DNA from: Eledone cirrhosa
Taxonomy: Eukaryota
NCBI GenBank assembly: GCA_964016885.1
Contig: OZ024744.1
Span: forward strand, 71,052,001 to 71,116,000
Length of the DNA stretch: 64,000 nt
Reading direction: 5' to 3'
The notes below the pieces were generated by a model. It was not told the origin of the DNA, searched no databases, and was given only the letters and a program-made list of their open reading frames with translations. Shown piece by piece: positions 52,513 to 64,000 of the stretch (positions within the stretch are counted from its first letter, which is position 1; each line of letters starts with the position of its first letter). Position numbers and translations under genes: made by a program.

Positions 52513-53521
52513 TATATATATGTGTGTGTATAGATTAAACATATGTATATATATATGTGTGTGTGTATAGATTAAACATATGTATATATATATATGTGTG
52601 TGTATAGATTAAACATATGTATATATATATGTGTGTGTGTATAGATTAAATATATGTATATATATATATGTGTGTGTGTATAGATTAAACATATGCTCCA
52701 CACTGTAAATGTGGTTGGTGTTAGGAAGGGCATCCAACTGTAGAAAACCCGCCAGACAGTCCTATGCGAGCAAGACAACCACTCTTGCCTCAAGTGGGAA
52801 AACTCCTGTCCAAACCCATGCAAGCGTGGAATATGGACGTTAAACGATGATGATGATGATGATGATGATATGTATATATATATATGTGTGTGTGTATAGA
52901 TTAAACATATGTATATATATATGTGTGTGTATAGATTAAACATATGTATATATATATATGTGTGTGTGTATAGATTAAACATATGTATATATGTGTGTGT
53001 GTATAGATTAAACATATGTATATATATATGTGTGTGTATAGATTAAACATATGTATATATATATATGTGTATGTATAGATTAAACATATGTATATATATA
53101 TATGTGTGTGTGTATAGATTAAACATATGTATATATGTGTGTGTGTATAGATTAAACATATGTATATATGTGTGTGTGTATAGATTAAACATATGTATAT
53201 ATATATATGTGTGTGTGTATAGATTAAACATATGTATATATGTGTGTGTGTATAGATTAAACATATGTATATATGTGTGTGTGTATAGATTAAACATATG
53301 TATATATATGTATATATATATGTGTGTATGTAATAAAAGATCAACAATTTGCACATTGTTAATTGTCCCTTCGACAACACAGAAGTGTACATGAGAGTGT
53401 ATGTGGTCACATGTAATATATATATATATATACATAAGTATACACGCACACATGTGTATATATATACATATGTGCACACACACATATATTATATGTATAT
53501 ACATATATATATATATTTTTG

Positions 53522-53562
<41 letters not shown>

Positions 53563-53611
53563 GATGATGATGATGATGATACATATATATACATATATAC
53601 ATACATACATA

Positions 53612-54460
53612 CCTCAATTCTGGCCCTTTATACTCACACCATAAATTACATAAAAATCTTAATTACATTAGCTATAACTCTAACCACCCTTGCGCTGTAA
53701 CCAAGACCATAGTTAACAATGTATCTAGGGGAATCTCTTTACTGTCCTCAAAAAGTGACATTTTTGAAAGCAAGGTAAGTTACTATAACAACATACTAGC
53801 TAGAGCAGGATATAGGAATAAAATAAAATACACACCAGCATATAGAAAACCTCTCTTTGTGATATAGAACCTATGCAAAAGTGTACAAACTATGTTATCA
53901 GTAGAGTAGACTACTCTATAACCGACCAGCATTACAAGCATCAACCACCAGCATTGCCTGACTTTTCTTCAGGGCACTCGACAAATGTTTCCCCAAATCC
54001 CATAGATACAACAGAATTTTTAATAGACATACTGTTAAGCTATCTTACTCTACCACTGAAAACTCATTTCAAAACATTTCTAAGATTGATAATAGCAAAC
54101 TAGAATGGAAACAAAATCAAACTTGAGTGCACTGGAGTATGCCAACACAGATAACATTATAATTTTAAATAAAAATAGCATAGGACTTAATAACTGACCC
54201 AATTTAACTAATCCAGATCCAGGGTTTAACCACCAAACTGGATGGAATTCTGACTCAATACATAGACCTTATATTAACTGTAACTGCAGAAATCCAATAA
54301 ACTGTCCAACACAGAATAGGTGTCTCTGTGAGAACATAATATATGAGTGGAAGGTTACTACTAGCGATGAAGAATATAAATATATAGGTTTGACAGTGAC
54401 CAGTTTTAAGGACAGGTGGTACAACCAGTGCTATCTGAGCTTATATGGAGGCTTAAACAG
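53612..54460 (+). mobile_element. Penelope-like element fragment: RT thumb and GIY-YIG endonuclease
   Basis: [28 protein letters not shown]; then CNCRNPINCPTQNRCLCENIIY..YIGLTVTSFKDRWYN from 54279. Confidence 0.85.
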
Positions 54461-55560
54461 AATAGAATACAGCATTATTTGTCATAGACAATGCTTAAAT
54501 GTGTACGCCCATATGAGGGAGGATCCTCTACAAGTGGCTGTAATTTGTGCACCACAGAGGGTGGGCCCAATATAATAAATAAATGCTTTGATCTTTTTAA
54601 CACAAAATAGATAAAACCTTCCTTAAATGTTTTAGTTAGCTTATAATTTATAAGTACACTAATTTATCAATCCATTGGAGCACTGGGCCCTCTACTTCCT
54701 TTGGATAGTTCCTCCAACTCCTAAATTATTGATCTTCGCCATTACTTATCATCAGTTTTTTCTTCCCTTCATTTTCTTCCTTCAAATAATCTACCTCCAT
54801 GTATATATGTGTAGGAGTTGTATGTCTGTCAGCATGCACATGCTTGTGGGTAGTTAGTAGTTCATGTGAACCTCCACATACTACTACTATAAGACTTTGC
54901 ATACATGCACATGGCTACATCAATACAAACCCACTATCCCTAGATCGGGATCACACATATGCATTAAGCAACATTTACAAGCTTTAGCTCAAACACCCCC
55001 TCTTCCCTCAGTTCAACAGCTTAGATAGAGAACTATTCTCCATAGACTAACCTATGTTAACATGGCAATTAGAAGTAAGATGATCTTTACCACTCGCTGG
55101 GGGCTAACTGATAAAGACATTAAATAGGATAATCAACAGTTTTATAGCCCTTTAGGAACCAGAATGATTGATCAATGATTTAATAGCCTGATTTCTTTTA
55201 ATGTACAGAACTTCTTCCACCATCTAGTGCTACCACGACTGTAACTCCCTCTCTCACATCCACTGACCTGTCACTACTAGAATTGGTACAACACATGCTT
55301 GCTAAACATTGAGATGTAAACACATCTCCAATGACAGGCGTATCAAAAATAAAAACAAACTATTATTTTAAATTTACATTTGATCTTCATGTCTGATGAC
55401 AACACATTGAATAATTGTTTAATAACAATATTTTGGTGCCATTGAAATATGCATAATGGGATGATGTAATGAAATAAAATGACATTGAATATGTGATACT
55501 GTCTCTCTTGCTTTTCTTAATATATATACATATGTATTGCTATATATCTTGATATATATA

Positions 55561-55975
55561 TCATCATCATCATCATCACCGTTTGGCATCCATTTTCCAT
55601 GCTAGCATGGGTTAGAGAGTTGTCCTGTTGTGGGCAATGCTAGGTCAGGTAACCACGTATTGCTCATACAAAACTGAGTTTGGCTTGGTTTCTACAGCTG
55701 GAAGACCTTCCTACACCAATCACATTTACAGTGAGTATTGGGTCCTTTTTGTTGTGACACCTACAAGACCACTTTACAGTGTGGGCTGGGTGCTTTTTGT
55801 TGTGTCGCTATCCCACCCACTTTACAGAGTGCGCTGGAGGCTTCACTAGACATACACTTCAGCTTGCCCTCATGGGAGGTGTATGGAAGAGTGGGATGGA
55901 AGTGAGGGTGGTGCATACTATATGTATGCTTCAGCTTCAGCCTGTGCCCATAGGAAGACGGGTCTTCTGTATTAC
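55561..55975 (-). mobile_element. Diverged RTE-1-like 3' UTR
   Basis: (CAT)n tail, ccatgctagcatggg, 49-bp units. Confidence 0.75.
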
Positions 55976-55979
55976 TATA

Positions 55980-57560
55980 TCATCATCATCATCATTTTAC
56001 GTCCGCTTTTCCCCGTTAAATGTCTTATTTTCCATGCTTGCATGGGTTAGATGGGTTGTCCATGCTATGTGGCACGTCTGGCGAGTTAGCTGCACTGTAC
56101 CTTGCTGAAATGGAACTGTATTTTGGCCATTTTTTTTGCAGCTGGATGGCCTTCCTAATGCCAACCACGCTTACAGTGTGGAACTGGGTGGTCTCATTTT
56201 GAGAGGTATCTGGTCAATTGGCCATGCCTTACACTGCTCATAAGCAGATCCTTATTTGGGAGCTTGGTGAACCCGTAATGAGGTAGGTCTGGCCAGTTGG
56301 CAATGTCGAACCTTGATCATAATGGGGCCTGTATTTTGGCTGAGGATTTATACGGCTGCTGGATGACTTTCCTAACACCAACCATGTTTACTGTGTGGGA
56401 CTGGGTGGTCACACTTATGAGGCAAGTCTGACCAGTTGGCCGCACCATATCTTGTTCATATGGAACCATATCTTGGCTGGGTTTTTACAGCTGCTAAATG
56501 TCTTTCCTAACAGCAACCATGATTACACTGTGGAATTGTGTGTTCCTGTTATGGGGAGGGTCTTGTCAGTTGACTGTGCTGTACTTTGTACATATGGGAT
56601 TGCATTTTGGCTGGGTTTCTACAGCTGCTAGATGCCCTTTTTAACACCAACCATGTTTACAGTGGGGAACTGGGTGGTCCTGTTATGAGGTATATCTGGC
56701 CAGTTTGCCACATTGAGCCTTGCTCTTAGCGAGGCTTTTGATTTTCCTGGGATATTTGCAGTTGCTGGATGCTTTTCCTAATAGCAACCACATTTACAGT
56801 GTGGGACTGGGTGGTCCCACTTTTGAGGGAAATCTGACCAGTTGGCCACTCCATACCCTACTTGTAGTGGAACTCTGGAACTGGATGGTCATGTTATGAG
56901 GAGGGTCTGGCCAGTTGACTATGCTGAACCTTGCACATAACAGGACCTGTGTTTTGGCTGGGTTTTTACAGCTGCTGGATACCTTTCTTAACACCAACCA
57001 CCTTTACAGTGTAGTCCCACTTATGAGGCAAGTCTGGCCATGGAACTTGGTGGTACTGTCATGGGAGAGGTCTGGCCAGTTGGCCGTATTCTACCTTGCT
57101 TATAGTGGGACCATGTTTTGGCTGGGATTTCATGAATGCCAGATGTCCTTCCTAAGCACAAGCCATATTTATAGTGTGGGCAGGACTGGGTTGTCAACTC
57201 ATGTCTTCTGCCATACATTGTAGTGCCAGAGGTCTCAGTCCTATGCCCCCCCCCCCATGTTAAGAAGTTCAGCCTTGCCAGGTCAGCCATTATCATTTCA
57301 TCCTGTGTTTTTCTAGATCTTCCTCATCCAAGCCACCCTACAACTTTGAGCATCCTGCACCTTTTTATACAGCAGTCATCCCTCATGCACATCACATACC
57401 CATACCACTGCAATCTTCTCTCCTGCACACAGCAGATGATGCCTCTTATGCTCAGTTTTGCTCTCAATTCATTTACATTTCACTATTCATGCACACTACT
57501 ATTAAGCATCTATCAGAGTATGCAGGCTTCATTTCTTTCCAATCTACGCAGATCCTCAAT
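55980..57560 (-). mobile_element. RTE LINE 3' end with tandemly amplified UTR module
   Basis: ORF remnant at 57190-57560 (LERNEACIL..QERRLQWYG); about nine partial or complete repeats in 56040-57190. Confidence 0.75.
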
Positions 57561-57565
57561 ATAGA

Positions 57566-58012
57566 TCATCATCATCATCATCGTTTAACGTCTATCTTCC
57601 ACGCTAGCATGGTTTTAGATGGGAATTGTCCCACTTGAGGCAAGATTGGTTGTCTTGCTCGTGTAGGACTGTCTGGCAGGTTTTCTACGGCTGGATGCCC
57701 TTCCTAACACCAACCACGTTTACAGTGTGGACTGGGAGGTTTTTACCGTGTTACCTACAAGGCCACATTACCGCGTGGACTGTGTGTTTTTTTTTTGTTG
57801 TGACACCTACACGACCTCATTTATTTAGGACTGGATGTTGTGGTACCAACATAACTTTACATCGAAAGGGTGGTGTAGATGGGGGTGGGGTGGGGGTAGT
57901 GGGACGGGTGTGTATTTTAGTTAAGAGGTGCCTACAGACTGTAGGTTTTGCTTTGTACTTAGGCAAGGCGGGTCTTCTGTATTACTGCGTAGCGCCAAAT
58001 ATCTCGGTCAAG
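57566..58012 (-). mobile_element. RTE-4 3' end
   Basis: Inverted relative of 46312-46778. Confidence 0.85.
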
Positions 58013-58019
58013 AGACATT

Positions 58020-60250
58020 ATCATGGAGAGGTGTAAGATGAAAAAGAAGACAATTTAGAGTCATATGACATAGATAATAACTGGAATTTCTTACGTGACA
58101 ACTTACTGCAGGCTACTGAAGAAACTTGTGGCTGGAGCAGAGCTCCAACCAGACAGAGAGTGACCTGGTGGTGGAACAGCACAGTAGATAGGACCATTAG
58201 AGACAAAAGACTAACAGGGAAGGCTTGGAAAAAGGTTGGGAGTAGAGAAGGATATACAACCGCTAAGAGAGAAGCTAGACATCAGGTGTACTTAGCACGC
58301 AGGGAAGCTGAGAGTAGGAGGTTTGCCAATGTTCTGTGATGGGAAGATCAGAGGCGTGCGGTGTTCCACATTGCAAGGCAGTGTGTCAGTGCAAATCAGG
58401 ATGTTGTTGGAGATAAATGTGCCCGGAATGATGCCGGTGTACTTAGTGTCACAAATGATAAAAAAAAGAAGGCCTGGAAATGTCATTATGAGAGACTGAT
58501 GAATGTGGAGAACGAATGGGAGAGAGAGAAATTACCCTCAGCAGATCCGACAGAGGGATCAGCTATTGAGATTGACGAATATAGGGTCCAAGAGGCAATT
58601 AAGGAAATGAAAAATGGTAAGGCTGCTGAACCGTTGGGAAAAGTTGCTGAGATGCTGAAGGCGTCAGGGGACGTAGGCACTAAACTGGTTGCACGCATCA
58701 TCAATCAGGCTATATATGGCGGTGTCATACCCTAAGACTGGTGCAGCAGTATTCTCATAAATTGCTACAAAGGTAAAGGGGATGCTCTGGAGAGGAGCAA
58801 TTATATGTGTATGAAACTGATGGATCAGGTTATGAAAGTGGCAGAAAGGATATAAGCACAACTAATTAGAGAAATGGTCAAACTAGATGAGATGCAGTTT
58901 GGTTTTGTGCCTGGGAAAAATACAACAGATGCCCTCTTCTTGGTGAGACAATTACAAGAGAGGTTCTTAGAGAAGAATAAACCACTATACTTAGCCTTTG
59001 TTGACCTAGCGAAGACCTTTGATAGGGTACCTCGATCTGTCATCTGGTGGTCCCTAAGGAAACTAGGTGTTGAGGAATGGCTTGTGAGGACAGTGCAAAC
59101 TTTGCACAGAGGTACTGTCAGTGAAGTCAGGGTAGGAATGGAGTCTAGTGAGGAATTCCAGATACAAGTAGGAGTACATCAAGTTCGGTCCTCAGCTCGC
59201 TCTTGTTCATTATAGTCCTCCTAGCCATAACAGAGGAGTTTAAGACTGGCTGTCCATGGGAACTTGTCTATGCTGACGATCAGGTTCTTATAGCAGAATC
59301 AGTAGAGGAGCTAGAGAATAAATTCTGGCTATGGAAACAGCAGTTGGAATCAAGAGGACTGAGAGTAAACCTAGCTAAGACAAAAGTGTTGATGAGTAGA
59401 AAGGAGGACAAAACTCTGTTTCTGCAGAAAAGGAACTGGCATAAATTCTAAATCTATAAAATACACACAATGCAGGTGCTGGGTACACAAGAGATGTAGT
59501 GGGATAGCAGGCAAACTAACAGGTAGGGAGAAATACGTATGCAGTAGATGTACAGGGAAATTAGACAGTAGAAGTCGCATTGATAGACACATTTTTCAAA
59601 TGCAGGTGGGGTGCTATAGAAGTGGTGGATAGCTTCCAGTACCTAGGAGATCAGATTAGCATGGGAGGGGGGTGTTCCGAGGTCATAGTATCTAGAATAA
59701 GGACGGGTTGGAAGAAGTTTAGGGAGATGTTTCCTCTGCTGACGAAGAAGGGTTACTCCCTACGTACAAAAGGCCGGTTATATGATGCCTGTGTGAGGAG
59801 CACGATGCTGCATGGTAGTGAGACTTGGGCAGCAACTGCAGAGTATATGCGATGGCTGGAGAGAAATGAGGCAAGCATGCTCCGTTGGATGTGCAATGTC
59901 AATGTGCATAAACGACCCAGCATGGATGTGTTGAGAGAGAAACTGTGTCTGAGAGGGATAGAATGTAGTGTACGGGAGCGGAGACTGCAGTGGTATGGAC
60001 ATGTGATACACATGGAGGATCACCGATGGGTGAAGAAGTGCCAGGAAATGCCAGTTGAAGGAAGACGTGGTAGATGTAGACCACGAAAAACATGGGCGGA
60101 GGTGGTGAGAACAGACCTCAGATCGCTGAAGCTCACAGTGGAAATGATGAAGGACCGTGACAAGTGGATAAATGCTGTGCTGAATAAGACCCATCCCACC
60201 CTTGCAAGCAGGGAAAAGCGGACGTAAAATGATGATGATGATGATGATGA
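58020..60250 (+). mobile_element. RTE LINE (RTE-2), 5'-truncated, several stops and frameshifts, very short 3' UTR
   Basis: QFGF, FVDLAKTFD, YADD, WVHKRC, FQYLG, RPRKTW; tail cttgcaagcagggaaaagcggacgtaaaa(tga)n. Confidence 0.92.
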
Positions 60251-60326
60251 TACTCATCATATATACATATACATATACATATACACATACATACACACAT
60301 ACATATATACATATATACATACATAC

Positions 60327-60371
<45 letters not shown>

Positions 60372-60391
60372 CATTTTCATGATCATCATCA

Positions 60392-61030
60392 CTTAGCATC
60401 TTCGTTCCTTTCCAGTCTGCGCAGGTCCTCTGCACGTAATGCCCATGTCTCACTGCCATGTAGCATTGCTGTTCGTATACAAGCATCATACAACCTTCCT
60501 TTCATTTTTAGAGAGAAACCTTTTGTGGCCAACAGCAGTATAAGCTCTCTGAACTTTTTCCATCCCGTTCTGACTCTGGCTACTGTACTTTCAGAACACC
60601 CTCCACCACTGCTGATTTTGTCACCCAGGTAATGGAAAGTGTCCACTATTTTTATAGAACCATCTGGACAGTAGAAGGAGCTAGTATCCTGTGGGCACTT
60701 GGTACTTATTGCACCTGAGTATCGGCCACATATGAAATCTACGTTCTTAGGTAGCTTGCCTGTGATCCCACTACATCTTTTGTGTACCCATAGTTTGCAT
60801 TTGGGACATAAAATGGAATTTCTACCTACTCCTTTCTTACACAATGAGCATGGCCATTTCCCAGAGGGCACCTGTGCCCTATTTTCCTTTCTAAATACTA
60901 GAACTTTAGTCTGAGACAAGTTAACTTTAAGGCCTTTTGATTCTAGGCCAAGCTTCCATGTTTGGAATTTCTTCTCTAGTTCGGCCATAGATTCAGCTAT
61001 GAAAGTTAGATCATCTGCGTATAGAAGTTC

Positions 61031-61031
<1 letters not shown>
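60392..61031 (-). mobile_element. Internal RTE RT fragment with PHD-like finger
   Basis: ELLYADD..WPCSLC..CPKCKLWVHKRC..FHYLG..LHGSETW; both ends run into microsatellite. Confidence 0.9.
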
Positions 61032-61066
<35 letters not shown>

Positions 61067-61204
61067 GATAATTAGGATTGGTGCTCTGAAATAGCGATGT
61101 ATACATGAATGTATATATACTATATTTGGCAATATACTGTATGTTTTATTAAAAACATTTTGAAGACCTTGTGCTATTATTTTAAAGTAGTGACTATGTC
61201 ACTT

Positions 61205-61703
61205 ACTTCTTTTGTCAACTCTTCAAGGGTATTAAATTCAAACCCAGACACAACCGATTCCTACAACAACTCCGTAGCAAAATAATGGAGTATGAAAGCA
61301 CCAACAACATCCTGATGCACTCGGACAAACCTGGAAACCTCTATTTCGTCAACCCGGACAGATACAACACACTGATCAGGAGCAGCCTAAACTCCACCTA
61401 TAAAAAGGCTAACCACTCAATTATCGAGGACAAAAAATTACCTCTAGAGGGACAACAAATTACCTGTAGCCTCGGGGTTGCAGACCGCACTGAACCTTTC
61501 GACCCACAGACTGCCTACTTCACACTGAAGGACCACAAATCCAACTTCGACCACAAACCATCCTTCAGGCTTATAAACCCGACGAAGTCGTACATAGAGA
61601 GAATCAGTAAAAACATCCTAGACCGCATTATACCAAAAGTTAAGCAAAACGCGAAACTTAGCCTATGGGTTAGCACCCAGGAAGTAATCTCATGGTTCAG
61701 GAA
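61205..61703 (+). mobile_element. Penelope-like element RT N-terminal fragment
   Basis: SDKPGNLY..TLKDHKSNF..FRLINPTKS..ISKNILD..W.STQEVISWF. Confidence 0.85.
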
Positions 61704-61740
61704 TACATACATGCACACATATACATATATATATATATAT

Positions 61741-62415
61741 GTACGTATGGGTTTACCGAACATTTATTATAATGTTCGGTTTGTTTGTAAACAAACAGCC
61801 CGAATTAAGCCGCACAGTGTTCGGTAACCATCGTTGCCCTTTTGTGCAACACTGACAAAGGAACGATGAACTAGTTTCTAGCTTATTAGCTGCCATCAGC
61901 ACCGTATACCTTCCTGTCAATCGATTGAACGTTTGAAAATATATACTTCCCTTATGCATATTAACGGCTGAGCCATACGTACATATATATATGTATATGT
62001 GTGCATGTATGTATGTATATACATACTGCTGTACGTCTGTATACATATATGAATGTACGTATACATACTTATATTTAAGTATCAGCCGTACTAAGAGTGA
62101 GAAATGAAATTTCATTTTTTCCATTTATCATTTTCGGCACGCCCGGCCGACTAACTCACTCGCTCGATATGCAAATTGGGTTGTTCAGCCGTTAATATGC
62201 ATAAGGAGGTTATATACTTTCAAACGTTCAATCGATTGACAAGAAGGTATACGGTGCTGATGACAGCTAATAAGCTAGAAACTAGTTCATCGTTCCTTTG
62301 TCAGTGTTGAACAAAAGGGCACCAATGGTTGCCAAACACTGTACGGCTTAATTCGGGCTGTTTGTTTACAAACAAACCGAACATTATAATAAATGTTCGG
62401 TAAACCCATACGTAC
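61741..62415. mobile_element. Long inverted repeat or MITE pair (about 230-bp arms) in (TA)n
   Basis: 61741-61971 versus 62185-62415; termini GTACGTATGG / CCATACGTAC. Confidence 0.85.
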
Positions 62416-63124
62416 ATATATATATGTAGCGAAATCTGTCCGCGCCTTGAACTTTGGGTGATACCTAAAGGTTAAATTTTAGATCACCACATTTATTGTG
62501 TTAACAAGTTCAGGTCGGGGGGTATGAAGTGACAGCTGTATACAGACCATGTACAAGCCATTCCACACAGAGACATCGAAGCGATAGGATATACAACTAA
62601 CTATGTAAGGATTACTGCTATTAACAGACCCCTTTGGTCTACCAACAGACCCCATTAAGTCTACAGATACACACACAGAGATTGGAACCTGTATGCAGTT
62701 GACGGTATTTCTCAGTTACTGCAAACCTTTCAGAGCTATACATACCATACTCTCTAACTAACACGGTCTAACAACTATTACCACGAATACCAACAACAAC
62801 AACAATTATCTGTAACTCGCTGTTTTAACACCAACAACAACAACAGACTACAACAGCCTCACATCAGAAACGATAACAACTTTAACAACCATTGGTAACT
62901 GTTTTTATATGTACTTATTAAATGATTCACGTGAAGTAAACTATATATAACCAAATCCTATATTCCTTATATTCTTTATATTCACGTTATTATTCCTTAT
63001 ATTATATTCATGTTATCTCTTCCAACAACATTGTTATTGTCATAACAACTAAATAACCAACATTTCTATTCTATACATATTACCATATAAACATTCTAAA
63101 TTTTCGTTTATACCTTTCGTTAAA

Positions 63125-63340
63125 TATATGTATATCTATGTATGTATATACATACTGCTGTACGTCTGTATACATATATATATATGTAGGTATACATACT
63201 TATATTTATATATATATATATGTATATATATACATATACGTATATATATATACATACATGTATATATATACATCATGTGTATATATATACATGTATGTAT
63301 ATATATATGCATGTATATATATACATATATATATATATAC

Positions 63341-63413
<73 letters not shown>

Positions 63414-63438
63414 TATACATATATGTATATATATATAT

Positions 63439-63522
<84 letters not shown>

Positions 63523-63608
63523 ATATATATATACATACAAGTATATGTATATATATACATACATGTATATATATATATATATATACATACAAGTATATGT
63601 ATATATAT

Positions 63609-63662
<54 letters not shown>

Positions 63663-63751
63663 CCTACCTAGCTGTGTGCTTGCGCACTTTTACAAATTAT
63701 CCCCTGTGATTGTTTCATATGTTTATTTATATGTTAATCAATTTCTAGTTG

Positions 63752-63838
<87 letters not shown>
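63125..63838. repeat. (TA)n/(CA)n/(TG)n microsatellites
   Basis: Directly visible. Confidence 0.95.
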
Positions 63839-63840
<2 letters not shown>

Positions 63841-63894
63841 GTGAAAGAATGAAGAGTAACATGGTTAGCTGTACAATAAGGGGCTTTATTTAAA

Positions 63895-64000
63895 GTACTG
63901 ACAATTGTTTCGTTGATCAGGTGAGTCTAGAGTTCGCTAATCACTTGAAGTTGCGTCACTCAATCTGCAATACATTATTTACCTCTGGTCAACACATCAG
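63895..64000 (-). ncRNA. Penelope-type minimal type I hammerhead ribozyme motif (variant core, cut by the window edge)
   Basis: Minus strand CTGATGT-gttgaccag..ctgatcaac-GAAA-CAATTG-TC-agtac, then AATAAA. Confidence 0.6.

Larger units (their letters stand above)
48258..53320. repeat. ~35-40 bp minisatellite tagattaaacatatg(ta)n(tg)n, interrupted by three RTE insertions
   Basis: Arrays at 48258-49460, 49930-50043 and 52513-53320. Confidence 0.95.

Noticed and set aside
55393-55460. Second hammerhead (ctgatga...gaaatatgcata) downstream of the Penelope fragment
   Set aside because: Core motifs are present but stems I and II do not pair convincingly; at most a decayed relic.
62425-63120. Possible solo LTR starting TGTAGCG
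   Set aside because: No matching CA end, TSD, primer-binding site or second copy identified.

Overview
Eukaryotic, repeat-saturated intergenic or intronic DNA; no host gene, rRNA or intact tRNA can be supported. The mix of (TA)n/(CA)n/(GAT)n/(TAA)n microsatellites, tRNA-headed CORE-type and Meta-type SINEs, RTE, Tx1/L1, R4/Dong, CRE and CR1 LINEs and Penelope-like elements suggests a coleoid cephalopod such as octopus (inference, no search run). The very long ORFs in the track are satellite artefacts. Real coding remnants are transposon-derived: several RTE LINEs (two young near-identical copies at 24.6-26.5 kb and 50.0-52.5 kb), two Tx1/L1-like LINEs, Penelope-like RT and GIY-YIG fragments, and Tc1/mariner transposase remnants. 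Best leads: (1) a C4HC3 PHD-type finger inserted inside the RTE reverse transcriptase; (2) a modular SINE/LINE system in which one SINE body carries alternative RTE tails and a Meta-type SINE shares its 3' end with the Tx1-like LINE; (3) recurrent fold-back palindromes beside (TA)n tracts; (4) a Penelope-type minimal hammerhead motif at the window end; (5) tandem non-autonomous Helitrons; (6) a higher-order minisatellite. Boundaries were read by eye and are approximate unless termini or target-site duplications (TSDs) are quoted. RTE-1 to RTE-4 are local labels.
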